This document shows positions 26,597-36,360 of a DNA stretch of 64,000 nt, one piece after another (the stretch's first letter is position 1; every line of letters starts with the position of its first letter). The notes under the pieces were generated by a model. That model was not told where the DNA came from. It was given only the letters and a program-made list of their open reading frames with translations, and did no database searches. This DNA is from a virus (Duplodnaviria > Heunggongvirae > Uroviricota > Caudoviricetes), in IMG/VR virus record IMGVR_UViG_3300029305_002776; one strand, written 5' to 3'. The translations under genes and the position numbers were made by a program.

Positions 26597-26638
26597 TTTA
26601 TTACGTCCTTTCTAAAATGTAAATAATTTTGTATTGTA

Positions 26639-26818
26639 TTAAATATCTTCCTCGGTGAGAATAACTACCTCTCCGTCTTCAAACTCTTTACCACAACAAT
26701 CGCAAAAACGGCCATGTGGGTCATCGAAGTCTTCCGTTGCGTCAAACCAACTCCAATAATCAAAATATGCTTCCGTAAACTTTTCATAGTTGCTTCCACA
26801 TTTTTGACATAGTATCAT
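26639..26818 (-). CDS. small zinc-ribbon protein (59 aa)
   Basis: CQKCG...CDCCG; ATG overlaps upstream stop; not in ORF track. Confidence 0.35.
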   Translation of the reverse strand: MILCQKCGSNYEKFTEAYFDYWSWFDATEDFDDPHGRFCDCCGKEFEDGEVVILTEEDI

Positions 26819-27027
26819 TAATTCACCTCCTCGACTTCACAAAATTGTCCTACATCGTTATACGCAGCGGCTCTAAAGACTTTCTTATTGCCTGTCTTGG
26901 AGTCTTTGGCAATAAAATATTCTTTGCCTTGAACTTCCTTTACATAATCAACAAATGTCATTACACTTCCGTTTTCCAGCTGAAAGATATTGTTGGATTT
27001 ATGCTTACACTTCATGTTACACCTCAC
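26818..27027 (-). CDS. hypothetical protein (69 aa)
   Basis: ORF preceded by leader motif + RBS AAGGAG. Confidence 0.4.
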   Translation of the reverse strand: MRCNMKCKHKSNNIFQLENGSVMTFVDYVKEVQGKEYFIAKDSKTGNKKVFRAAAYNDVGQFCEVEEVN

Positions 27028-27049
27028 TCCTTAATAATTTTGTACTGTG

Positions 27050-27769
27050 TTAATGACTATAAACTGCAGTTATTCTCCCATAATTTCCTTTAAAGCACCA
27101 ACCGCATTGAGCGCAAGTAACTCCTGTACTCTTCCCTTTTTTGTTTACAGCAGGACAGTGACGCATTTTTGATACGACAGGATCAGTTCCGTCATCATAT
27201 ACAAACTTATTTAAGTTCTTGAAATCATATCCTTTATCATTTCCATGCCACACAGAAATGTTGACCACAAAGTTCTTAGGGAACTTCTTGTGTTCCTTTA
27301 AGTATTGAGCAATCAAATCAAATCTCTTCGTATAACAATAAAACTTCATATGTGGCATCTCAACTGCAAGCCTAACCATATGAAGTAGGTAATTATAATT
27401 TTCAATTTCTCCTGAAGAATGCCAACGCAGCACTTCTGCCTTGTTTTTAAGCAATCCATTCTTCAACTGCTCAAACATGTTCTCAATGTTATTCCTCGCA
27501 ATTAGAGTGTTTCTACTCAGAGCAGGGATAACGGTGTTGTGATGGTATTTTGCGTCCCTGATGGCATAGCATTTGTTAGCACATCCTTCGCAGCATCCAC
27601 CACATGTACCATTAATATTTGTCAAAAGTCCCTTTGTAGAGTTAGACAACGGCTTGTCTCCTGGAAGTGTGTTAAAACACCAAATTCCCTTTCCAACCTT
27701 GTGATTCCCATTTACAAGGCTAATTGTCATTTCTCTGTGGTAAGTCATTGGATATAAAATGTTTTCCAT
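27050..27769 (-). CDS. Cys-cluster protein (CGGCCEGCANKC), possible Fe-S or Zn enzyme
   Basis: dense Cys cluster near N-terminus plus C-terminal CxxC; no canonical radical-SAM CxxxCxxC. Confidence 0.4.
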   Translation of the reverse strand: MENILYPMTYHREMTISLVNGNHKVGKGIWCFNTLPGDKPLSNSTKGLLTNINGTCGGCCEGCANKCYAIRDAKYHHNTVIPALSRNTLIARNNIENMFEQLKNGLLKNKAEVLRWHSSGEIENYNYLLHMVRLAVEMPHMKFYCYTKRFDLIAQYLKEHKKFPKNFVVNISVWHGNDKGYDFKNLNKFVYDDGTDPVVSKMRHCPAVNKKGKSTGVTCAQCGWCFKGNYGRITAVYSH

Positions 27770-27787
27770 ATAACTACCTCCTTCAAT

Positions 27788-28072
27788 TTATTCAACTCTC
27801 TTAGAAGTAAACTGCTCAGAATAGAAAGTTCCATCGTCATCAAAAATTCTATTCCATTCAGTTTTGACAATAATGAATGAACTTTTCTTATAGCCTTTTT
27901 CCTTTTCTACGCCGAAAGCATCATTCATTCTTTGAACAGCGGCCTCATATGTGTCGAACTTGTCTGCTAAACCACCAGAATTTGTTTTGTACTTAACTTC
28001 GTAATAAAACCCTGAATATTGTTTCATGTTATTTATCCCTTCTGCCTTCGTAACCTCCGTGGCGGGTTTCAA
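27788..28072 (-). CDS. hypothetical protein (94 aa)
   Basis: ORF on dominant strand. Confidence 0.35.
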   Translation of the reverse strand: MKPATEVTKAEGINNMKQYSGFYYEVKYKTNSGGLADKFDTYEAAVQRMNDAFGVEKEKGYKKSSFIIVKTEWNRIFDDDGTFYSEQFTSKRVE

Positions 28073-28074
28073 AA

Positions 28075-29352
28075 TTATCCGCAGTAGTCGTGACTAATTA
28101 CACCACAATTATTGACTTCTCTACCACAATGCGGACAAATACCAATTCTGCCAATTGGAATGATTACATTATTATTTACTGCATTTCTCGGATAAAAGAA
28201 TCTACAACTACTAAAATGAATATAATCTTTGTAGTGATTTCCACTGCTAACAGTATTACCGCCTACCTCACGAGAAACCCATTTGTTTTCGTCAAGTGCC
28301 AACAGAGGGGTAAATTCCTTCTGAACAATCCCTCTAAAGAACTTATAAAGATCCGTGCAACCATCATTACCCTGCGGATAAATACGCCCCTGAACAAAGC
28401 ACTTTTCTTTATAATGGAACATATTTCTATACAGCTTTCCAGTCTCATGAATATCTCCATCAAGACTATCAAGCACATAAGTAACAATAGAGCTTTCGTC
28501 CAACATATAAGACATAGTTCCATTACAGTATCCACCGCCAAAGCTATTTGCCATATGCCGTCTATTTTGCTTATCAATAGTATGACAGCTTGCCCAGCTC
28601 TTGCCGAAACTCATGGTGAGATAGTCAAGAGGATTAAGGCTAATAATAAAATACAGCTCTCGCTTATTGCCAGAAACCATGTCGGCATACTTTGCAAATT
28701 CCTTGTTATATTTCTTCCACTTGTCCACGCCATAATGAGTACAAACCTTATTAAATGCACGACTAGTCTTCATACCAGAAACAAAATGAAGCTTCTTATC
28801 ATTGCTTTCCGTCATATCTTTCAGCAGAGTAGGAGAGCATGTGTTTTGGAACTTTCGCATAACGTTTTGAAAATCAGTGAGATTTTCTACAGATTCTACA
28901 GTTGCAAACGTTCCCATAGAAAACGATTTCATTTTTTCGGTCTGCAAAATATTTTCTGCCTTTGCTGCATCCTTCAGGTTAACCTTTTTATGACCAGTTT
29001 GAAAATAATCATTAAAAGTCTTGCCATCTTTGTCGTGATAGCTGAGAATACAATCATGAACGGCAGTATCGTTTGCAAACTTACTAACAAAAGAATACAC
29101 TTCGGAACCTACATTCTCTCTTTCAAACTGCTCTTTAGTAACAATCCTCATATCTCCCTTGTAGTTAGGAGAAGTTGCAATCAGATTAATCAGAGGAGAC
29201 TTGTTTTTAAAATACTCATCAAGCACAGCACAAACTCCATGCTCAGAATTTCTATGACCATATTTACGAAGAAGAGTCATCATATCATTAACAAGCTTGT
29301 CTGTATCACAAAAGTGTCCCCACTTGCTTTTAATGTAAGCTTTACTCAACAT
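28075..29352 (-). CDS. large conserved protein, paralog family with 39917..41458 (shared NPxDYLxMSxGxSWxSCH...GTxSYMLD...YPQxND...IVQK core, C-terminal CxxCG)
   Basis: about 35-40 percent identity over ~150 aa core with the second copy; invariant Cys/His suggests metal site. Confidence 0.55.
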   Translation of the reverse strand: MLSKAYIKSKWGHFCDTDKLVNDMMTLLRKYGHRNSEHGVCAVLDEYFKNKSPLINLIATSPNYKGDMRIVTKEQFERENVGSEVYSFVSKFANDTAVHDCILSYHDKDGKTFNDYFQTGHKKVNLKDAAKAENILQTEKMKSFSMGTFATVESVENLTDFQNVMRKFQNTCSPTLLKDMTESNDKKLHFVSGMKTSRAFNKVCTHYGVDKWKKYNKEFAKYADMVSGNKRELYFIISLNPLDYLTMSFGKSWASCHTIDKQNRRHMANSFGGGYCNGTMSYMLDESSIVTYVLDSLDGDIHETGKLYRNMFHYKEKCFVQGRIYPQGNDGCTDLYKFFRGIVQKEFTPLLALDENKWVSREVGGNTVSSGNHYKDYIHFSSCRFFYPRNAVNNNVIIPIGRIGICPHCGREVNNCGVISHDYCG

Positions 29353-29366
29353 AACAAAAACTCCTT

Positions 29367-30143
29367 TTAAATAAACAGTTCTTTAATTTTTTCTGTATAA
29401 GAAGAAAGTCTTGCTTCAGAAATGTTATGAATATTTCTATCCGTATAACGACTGCGGTTTTTGAAGAACAGCTTGTCATATTTTTCTGAATAACACACCT
29501 CATTTCCATTAGGTGTCAGCAAAAATTCACACACAATTCCTTTTTGACTTACAACCGCCTTAAGTGTTGTCATTTTAGGATGGTGGTATACAATCGCATC
29601 TCCAAGACTATAATCATGCACCCACTTCTTTTCAATGAGTGCATCAACCGTAATGAGCGTACTAAATGCATGAGGATATCTAGTAAAGAAATCATCAATC
29701 TCACGCTTGGATGCATTTTTACACATCAAAAACGTACAATAATCTGCAACAACACTTTCATCGTTAATATTTCCGTGATATCCACAATTAAGCTGAACAG
29801 AATATTTGTATGTGCTAATATATCTAGAAGGATTATTAGGATCTTGCTTGTATGTTCTTTTAAGCTCTTTCTTTCTCCAATCTTCTGACAAGTGGGCGCA
29901 AGTCAAACAATTCTTTTGTGCAGCTTTCTCTTTCCAATGCGCTTCAAGTGCCTGCGGAGTATTTTTTACCATCTCTCCACAAGAAGCACAAATGACATAA
30001 TTTTTTCTAGTGTCACGCACAATATCAGCAATGCACGATTCGGAAATCTGACGACCATTTTTGTCTTTAAAACCATCTTTTGTATATTCCAAGTCAGCAT
30101 ATACAAGTCGTTCACCATTGTATTTCCACATCAAAGCTTTCAT
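29367..30143 (-). CDS. hypothetical Cys/His-containing protein (258 aa)
   Basis: ORF on dominant strand. Confidence 0.4.
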   Translation of the reverse strand: MKALMWKYNGERLVYADLEYTKDGFKDKNGRQISESCIADIVRDTRKNYVICASCGEMVKNTPQALEAHWKEKAAQKNCLTCAHLSEDWRKKELKRTYKQDPNNPSRYISTYKYSVQLNCGYHGNINDESVVADYCTFLMCKNASKREIDDFFTRYPHAFSTLITVDALIEKKWVHDYSLGDAIVYHHPKMTTLKAVVSQKGIVCEFLLTPNGNEVCYSEKYDKLFFKNRSRYTDRNIHNISEARLSSYTEKIKELFI

Positions 30144-30202
30144 AATTTACCTCCTATTCTGCCCGTCTAGCCGCTAGCACAGCTTTAATAATTTTGTATT
30201 GT

Positions 30203-30781
30203 TTAACCTATGTTTACAACATAGCCACGAGATGTAATTTCCTTAATAAGAATATCGTCATCAAATTCATCCAGCCCCATTACACGGCTACCATACTTGA
30301 TGTCAACTTCATTATTTTTGACAACAATCTCTCCAAAATCATCAGAGTCTTCTCCTTCAAAATCCACCGTTCCGTTTAGCACATATCCGTTAGGTGCAAA
30401 GAAGTTTTTAATCAAATACTCAAGCCACTCAACATAATTATAAAACTTCTCTCCACCATCCCAAACAAGCTGATTGTTGTCATCAATCACCCACTGGCAC
30501 CAAAGTCCAGGATGCACAGCATCTTTGAATCCATTATAATCAATAATAGATGTGTCGTTATCTTGCCCATAATTCTTAGATACGGGCGCAAAGTATTCTC
30601 CCTTGTTGCCAAGCTCTCCAAAGAAGCACAGCTCTCTCCAGTTCGGATACAGCTCTTTAATTTTGTCATTATCTCTCGGCATGCGTCTTGTCGCAGAAAA
30701 TCTGTTGATGTATTCTTTCAGCTGAGGAGAAACTTCCTTATTAAATTCAAAAGCTCCAGTAAAATCAGTTGTATATCCCAT
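30203..30781 (-). CDS. hypothetical protein (192 aa)
   Basis: ORF preceded by leader motif + RBS AGGAGG. Confidence 0.4.
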   Translation of the reverse strand: MGYTTDFTGAFEFNKEVSPQLKEYINRFSATRRMPRDNDKIKELYPNWRELCFFGELGNKGEYFAPVSKNYGQDNDTSIIDYNGFKDAVHPGLWCQWVIDDNNQLVWDGGEKFYNYVEWLEYLIKNFFAPNGYVLNGTVDFEGEDSDDFGEIVVKNNEVDIKYGSRVMGLDEFDDDILIKEITSRGYVVNIG

Positions 30782-30799
30782 TTTTAATCTCCTTTCTTT

Positions 30800-31483
30800 T
30801 TACCAACTACTTACATAATAAATCATCTGAGTTTCAAAGTCCGTGGTCTCAAGAACCTTAGTGACAATACTAATGGTATTCTTGAGATCCTGAATATAAT
30901 ACTCGTCATACTCTGTACATCCAAAGAAAAAGCCACTAGTTGTAGGAAGAAGATCTTGCGCAACAGAGCAGTTTTTGATTATCTTTCCATCAACATATTC
31001 ATTGTTTTTAGTTCCATCTTTGTTGATGGTATATCCATTGAATACTTTGCCATCAACAAGTTTACTATTTTCAAGTACGGTCTTACATACTTCCAGAAGC
31101 TCCTCAAGAATTTCCTGAGTTACTTCATGATGATAATCACAATCGTCAATTCCATCCTGAACGTGCTCTACAAACCACGCATGAATCTGATTTGCCTTGC
31201 GCCAATAACCAACCTCTTCATGAATTCTATCCCAACCGTATTTCTTCTCTACATCCCAGTCAGAATAATAAGTCTTATAAAACTGTCTAAAATACTCAAT
31301 CGTTTCCTTGTCGGGAAGGTCTGCTTCGTCAAAACCACACCATTGCTTTAGAGTACAGTCTGCATGTTCGCCACCTGCTTTCTTTTCTTTTTCCAAACTA
31401 AAATAATCCTCAATTCCACTAATCTGATTAGCAGTTACCCCCTTATATCGGGGCATCCTGTTCAAATACATATCTAGTCCCAT
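30800..31483 (-). CDS. hypothetical protein (227 aa)
   Basis: ORF preceded by leader motif + RBS. Confidence 0.4.
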   Translation of the reverse strand: MGLDMYLNRMPRYKGVTANQISGIEDYFSLEKEKKAGGEHADCTLKQWCGFDEADLPDKETIEYFRQFYKTYYSDWDVEKKYGWDRIHEEVGYWRKANQIHAWFVEHVQDGIDDCDYHHEVTQEILEELLEVCKTVLENSKLVDGKVFNGYTINKDGTKNNEYVDGKIIKNCSVAQDLLPTTSGFFFGCTEYDEYYIQDLKNTISIVTKVLETTDFETQMIYYVSSW

Positions 31484-31515
31484 AACAACATCTCCTTACT
31501 AATAATTTTGTATTG

Positions 31516-32115
31516 TTAACAAGTAAGCTCAAAGATTTCATTGCCATATCGAACAACATCTGCATTTGCTTTATCAACCGCTGCGATAACATTGTCCAAA
31601 TCTTCTATATTAATCCAACCAATATCATAGCCAATATCAGGGATTTCTTCTAAGGTAATGCCCTCAAATTCATCATCCCACTCTGCTCTTTCACTAACAT
31701 ATTCTTCAAAATCTTCATAGCATGCATACACTCCGAAATTAATTTCATCGTCGTCGAGGTTAATAATTACATCTCCCTCGCTCCAGCTCTGCAAGTCTGC
31801 CATTCCATTTTCGCTTAACGCAATCAAACCATAATTTCTACTATAACCCTCTGTCTTAAAGGTTTCATTAGGGAACATGTTCTGGACATATTCAAATTCT
31901 GCTTCATCACCACGAATACCACCTCCGTTTGTTTCACAAAAACGAACAAGGCGCAACTGCAATTCCTTTATGGTTTCATCGTTGTGATTATAGATATAAT
32001 CAACAACCTTTTTGGTTTCATCAAGTGCGCTAGCAGTGTAAGCGCTCCAATGATAATATAGCTTTGCTATAGATTCCCCCATTGTTTCAATACTAATAAT
32101 TAATCTTTGTCCCAT
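31516..32115 (-). CDS. hypothetical acidic protein (199 aa)
   Basis: ORF on dominant strand. Confidence 0.4.
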   Translation of the reverse strand: MGQRLIISIETMGESIAKLYYHWSAYTASALDETKKVVDYIYNHNDETIKELQLRLVRFCETNGGGIRGDEAEFEYVQNMFPNETFKTEGYSRNYGLIALSENGMADLQSWSEGDVIINLDDDEINFGVYACYEDFEEYVSERAEWDDEFEGITLEEIPDIGYDIGWINIEDLDNVIAAVDKANADVVRYGNEIFELTC

Positions 32116-32130
32116 TTTTAATCTCCTTTC

Positions 32131-32817
32131 TTAATCCATAACTCCCCATTTATAAATGATATTGGTTGCCCCAATATCTTCAAGCATTTTACGAATATCA
32201 TCCTTGTTGGTTTCCCAAGAAATGCTGCCCTGCCAAGGAGAACAAGGATTCATAAAATACTGGTCTCCATTCCACTCAAACTCAAAGCCTGCACAAATTA
32301 CACAGCTTCCCTTATCACCAACGGCTTCGGACAAGTCATACCACTCATCCATAATTGCACGAATCTCAGGAACAATGTTTTTGTCCCACATACGCAAGTA
32401 AATTGGTTCCTTTTTGCGACCATATGGAGTAAACTCAATCTCCATATTGTCATCAATTGGAAATGCACTTAAATTCCAAGAATTACCGAGCTCAAAATAC
32501 AAACCATACTTCTTAAAAATGTCCTGAAACTTATCATACTTCTTGCCAAAGTTATAGTTCAACTCATGATACAGAGGCCCCTCGAAAGACATACTCAAAA
32601 TATGGTCGTGATTTGCGTATTCAAAGTAGTCAAACGGATTCATATCCTCTTCAATAATAAGCTTAGGCTCTACATCAGGATTTTTCCAATCATATTCATG
32701 TCTAATTCGCTTGTTGTTAAAGTAAATGCTAACACCATCATCAAGCTTGCTTGCTGTGAGAAATCCCATAATTTCATAAGCAAGCTTCTCAATGTCTTGC
32801 TTTGTCATCTTTTTCAT
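32131..32817 (-). CDS. hypothetical protein (228 aa)
   Basis: ORF on dominant strand. Confidence 0.4.
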   Translation of the reverse strand: MKKMTKQDIEKLAYEIMGFLTASKLDDGVSIYFNNKRIRHEYDWKNPDVEPKLIIEEDMNPFDYFEYANHDHILSMSFEGPLYHELNYNFGKKYDKFQDIFKKYGLYFELGNSWNLSAFPIDDNMEIEFTPYGRKKEPIYLRMWDKNIVPEIRAIMDEWYDLSEAVGDKGSCVICAGFEFEWNGDQYFMNPCSPWQGSISWETNKDDIRKMLEDIGATNIIYKWGVMD

Positions 32818-32985
32818 TTACGAACCTCCTTTGCCCCATTAATGATTTTCATAATCTCCATGAATGGTTCTTCGTAATCTAAACGCTCTTGAAGGTCATC
32901 ATTAAATTTATCAGAGCCAGCATAAAACTTCTTTTCCAAAGATTTAATCTTTTGAAATTCTTTTTCTGTAATCTGCCTCATTTAA

Positions 32986-33180
32986 TTAGACCTCCTTGTA
33001 ATGAAGCCCTCTTGCCAGCAACTCATTTCTTGCGTTTTTAACAAGCTTTTCAGGCTTCACATTGTTTTGACTTAATCGAATAAAGTTTTCCATCGAATAA
33101 CCACAATCCAAAACATCTTGACAAGAGACATTTCCATTACTGTCAATAATTCGCTTACACAGGCCCTCAAAATCAGCCAT
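32986..33180 (-). CDS. hypothetical protein (64 aa)
   Basis: ORF on dominant strand. Confidence 0.3.
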   Translation of the reverse strand: MADFEGLCKRIIDSNGNVSCQDVLDCGYSMENFIRLSQNNVKPEKLVKNARNELLARGLHYKEV

Positions 33181-33195
33181 TTTATCTCTCCTTTC

Positions 33196-33447
33196 TCAAA
33201 TCAGCAGCATATCAATCTGCTTGTCTGCCTTTTTCTTTTCTTTAAGTTTATTGCGCTGTCGCCACACTTCATGATCATACTTAACCAAATACCAACAATT
33301 CTTTTTAAGGCATTCTTTAGTTTTTACTTGGCGGTACGTGAGAGAAACACATTTCTTTTTGCAATAAGCACAAGGACTTCGTGCAACGGTATTATAAAGC
33401 GTAGTGTGCTTCATACAATTCTCCTTTCTTAAAATATCTTTACACAC
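33196..33447 (-). CDS. small Cys-rich basic protein
   Basis: CAYCKKKC...C pattern. Confidence 0.35.
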   Translation of the reverse strand: MCKDILRKENCMKHTTLYNTVARSPCAYCKKKCVSLTYRQVKTKECLKKNCWYLVKYDHEVWRQRNKLKEKKKADKQIDMLLI

Positions 33448-33797
33448 TCATGAATCTTGTAAGCTTGCTTTAACAGTTTCATATTAGGCTGCAGAATCCC
33501 TGGAGGAAATTCATGGACGACCTGTGATCGCAGGTCGTACATTTCTTTCTTCCAGGGCTTTATGCAGCGTAATTGAATTTAATTCCCTTGTGTATATCGG
33601 CGCTTATACCATTTTTAATGCACTCTGTGTTTGCGTAGACATTACTTTAATAGCCTCATATATTGATCCTTCTGGTCATAATTCTCCAGCTGTGTACGGT
33701 TGGTAAACCGTAAGAAGCTGGAGAAGATGACGTATGAAGGATCGGTATTGAACAAAAACACCTTGTGCATTTGCAGTGTCTATCTGTATAAGTTTAT

Positions 33798-34742
33798 TTA
33801 CTTGCCAAGCTCCTGCATTCTCTTATTAAAATCAAAGTTATTGTCCTCAATAACCTTCTTCATAAGAGCAAACATTCTCCAGCCCTCTCCCTTATACTCA
33901 TTAAGCTTTGTATTCAGAAGAGCAACTGCACTCATGCCAAATCTAACATCAAACTTGTCTACCTTAATGCCACAATTGTGGAACATTACAAGGTTCTTCA
34001 AAGTGTAATAAGCACCCTCACCCTTAAACGCATCAATCCAAACCTTGCTCTTTGCCGTATTATAAGGAAGCTTGACCATATCATTCATAAACCTCTTCAG
34101 AGCATTGTATACTTCCTTATAATTTCTTGCATATCCAACATAGCTGATATGAGAATAAAGAGGTCTGTAAATCTTCTTAGCCAAATCGTCAACGAAAATA
34201 TTAACACCCTTTACCTTCTTATAAGGAACTCCCTTGCAGTTCTTATTAGGCAGTTTGTTAATATAATCCTTGAGCTTATCCATATAATCCATCATTACCT
34301 TGGACACGACTTCCTTAGTAAAGAATTTGCTTCTTTCATCAAAGCTCTCCTTATCTCTCACTTCGAGCTTACTCAGAACCCTTACTTCCTCAAGCATCAT
34401 CTTAAGAGTATAGTTATAATCATACCTAGTATTCAGATATGCCTGATAACCTGCCTCTTTTCCGTAATAAGACTTATAGTTAAGCATATGAAACATTTGT
34501 GCCATTACAAAACGTCTGTGCAGCTTAGTGTTTCTAACATAGCCATCAGAAATAATCTGATTTACAACAGGATTGGCATTTCCATTTACAATCACAGGCT
34601 CTCCATTCTCATTGATAACCAATGAAATCTTTGCACCAGGCTTCAGGCCATTAGGGAGGTCAACACTAAAAAACTTCCCTGTGTCGATGCCCATACCATT
34701 TAACTTTTCCATTCTTTCATTCTTTTTCAACATACAGCACAT
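33798..34742 (-). CDS. hypothetical protein (314 aa)
   Basis: ORF on dominant strand. Confidence 0.4.
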   Translation of the reverse strand: MCCMLKKNERMEKLNGMGIDTGKFFSVDLPNGLKPGAKISLVINENGEPVIVNGNANPVVNQIISDGYVRNTKLHRRFVMAQMFHMLNYKSYYGKEAGYQAYLNTRYDYNYTLKMMLEEVRVLSKLEVRDKESFDERSKFFTKEVVSKVMMDYMDKLKDYINKLPNKNCKGVPYKKVKGVNIFVDDLAKKIYRPLYSHISYVGYARNYKEVYNALKRFMNDMVKLPYNTAKSKVWIDAFKGEGAYYTLKNLVMFHNCGIKVDKFDVRFGMSAVALLNTKLNEYKGEGWRMFALMKKVIEDNNFDFNKRMQELGK

Positions 34743-34753
34743 CTCCTTTTAAT

Positions 34754-35218
34754 TTAATTATTTTCAACCCAGCTTCTTAGAATAACCAAGTCTGGATCAT
34801 TTTTAGATTGCCAAAACCACTTGCCCATTTTCTCTTCATCCCACACAAAGCTTCCATTAAGAATCATGCACAGAATAAAGCCCTCAAGTGTTGCTTGCGC
34901 TAAATCTCTTCTGATAGGATTAAACAAATAAGAATCCTCAATTTTTTCCATGGGTAACGCTTTGAAGTACTTTTTCCTATTGTTCTCACTCCTTTCACTA
35001 GGTAAAGAATACTTGTATTCAGAATACAACTCCACAATCATGCGAATGATATCTTCCAAACTCATTACGTCGAGTGCGATCAGCGTCTTCTCGGTGTTGT
35101 ATTCTCCATTTTTGATAAGATAATCCTTACCAACTTTCATGTTTCGCTTTTCAAAATCAATGTGGAAAGTTTCACCTGCATCAACTCTTTGAATTAATTC
35201 TCTATAGATTGTCATTTT
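34754..35218 (-). CDS. hypothetical protein (start MTIYRE, RBS AAAGGAG), first gene after repeat array
   Basis: track ORF starts 35239; internal ATG with SD preferred. Confidence 0.4.
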   Translation of the reverse strand, partial: KMTIYRELIQRVDAGETFHIDFEKRNMKVGKDYLIKNGEYNTEKTLIALDVMSLEDIIRMIVELYSEYKYSLPSERSENNRKKYFKALPMEKIEDSYLFNPIRRDLAQATLEGFILCMILNGSFVWDEEKMGKWFWQSKNDPDLVILRSWVENN

Positions 35219-35244
35219 GATCTCCTTTCCAAAAATCATAGACG

Positions 35245-36360
35245 CTCAACAGTTGTGGTATATTTCTTTATATGTGTCATATTGGCAGCGGCTAGAAGCT
35301 ATGAGCGGAGGCAGCTTCAGGAGATATCCTGAAGTAGCCTAAGCACAGAGCTTATTCTGCGCTGCGAATTGAAAGTAAACTGTCTTGCAATCTTATGGTA
35401 TACTCCATTTTAGGTTACTCATAACTTTGGTGCATTTCTTTATATGTTTCATATAAGAGGCAAATCCCCAGGACGAGAAGATCATGAGACATCTCCGATA
35501 GGAGATGTATCATGATCATCTGTCTGGTGGAGGTGCCTTCTATTGAATTCAGTTATCTCGCAACCCATTGTTGCACTACAATTGTTAGATTACTCATAAT
35601 ATTGGTGCGTTGCTTTATTAGCTTCATATAACCCGATGGTGCCAGATTGGCAGCAATAATGCGTCGAGATAGCGACGCATGACTGCTGCGTATCTGGATT
35701 AACATGCGGGTCATTGAATTTTATTACCTTGTAATCTATTAGCCGCACTGCAATTAAATTACTCACAACTCTGATGCATTTCTTTATTGGTTTCATATAA
35801 AGGAAGATATAGATGAGAAGCGGAAAGCCGGTCAGAAGTTGGCTATTTAGGCAGTATCTCTCTCTACTGCCTAAATAGACAATCTTATGACCTGCTGATC
35901 CTTCTCATATTGTAGCTTCCTTGATTGAAATTAGTTGCCTTGTAATTTGCTGCTGCATTACATTTAAAAACTACTCACAACTACGGTACATTTCTTTAGT
36001 TGTTTCATATGTGAAGGTGGAATCCCAGTTAAGACGACGGGAGAATTGTGTGATAACAGTGATTATCCCGTCGTCTGACTGGTGAATCACCTTCTATTGA
36101 AGTCAGTTGCCTTGTAATTTTTTGCCGTACTGCAATGTTGGCTATTCACAACATTGGTGTGTTTCTTTATAAGTTTCATATATCCAGCGAATGTAGATGA
36201 GGTTTGTGTCCCAATCCGAGAGAGTCACCACAGTGAGTGTCTCGGATTGGTTCCAAAGCTCATCAATTATTCGCTGGAAATTGAATTATGTTGCCTTATA
36301 ACCAAGATGCCACACTACACATACTGTTTACATACTTCTTACCAGCGTTTCATATACAGC
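35245..36360. repeat. tandem array of one partial + six full ~172 bp units (conserved ~95 nt module ending ...GGTGCATTTCTTTATAnGTTTCATATA plus unit-specific 40-75 nt imperfect hairpin), immediately 3' of the reverse transcriptase gene
   Basis: conserved 3' boundaries at 35283, 35456, 35631, 35800, 36011, 36183, 36356 (spacing 173/175/169/211/172/173); the last unit overlaps the RT stop codon; hairpins e.g. CTTCAGGA-GATA-TCCTGAAG, GATCATGAGACATCTCC-GATA-GGAGATGTATCATGATC, CTATTTAGGCAGTA..TACTGCCTAAATAG, AGACGACGGGA..TCCCGTCGTCT, CCAATCCGAGAGAGTCAC..GTGAGTGTCTCGGATTGG. Confidence 0.85.

Noticed and set aside
36100-36330. Group II intron domain V/VI downstream of the RT
   Set aside because: No sequence resembling the conserved domain V hairpin (AGC triad, GNRA loop, 2-nt bulge) was found by eye. 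The hairpins here are longer and unit-specific.
35245-36360. Interpretation of the tandem array as a CRISPR array
   Set aside because: The conserved part is ~95 nt and only 75-85% identical between units. The variable parts are 40-75 nt self-complementary hairpins rather than unique spacers, and no cas genes are present.
35245-36360. Small peptides (14-68 aa) starting MK(H/L/Q/P)IKK(C/H)T... at the start of every array unit on the RT strand, including track ORF 35590..35796
   Set aside because: No Shine-Dalgarno precedes any of the ATGs (anti-SD-like CCTTC instead). Conservation is at nucleotide level including third positions. Lengths and C-termini are random. A small RiPP-like leader/core family cannot be fully excluded.
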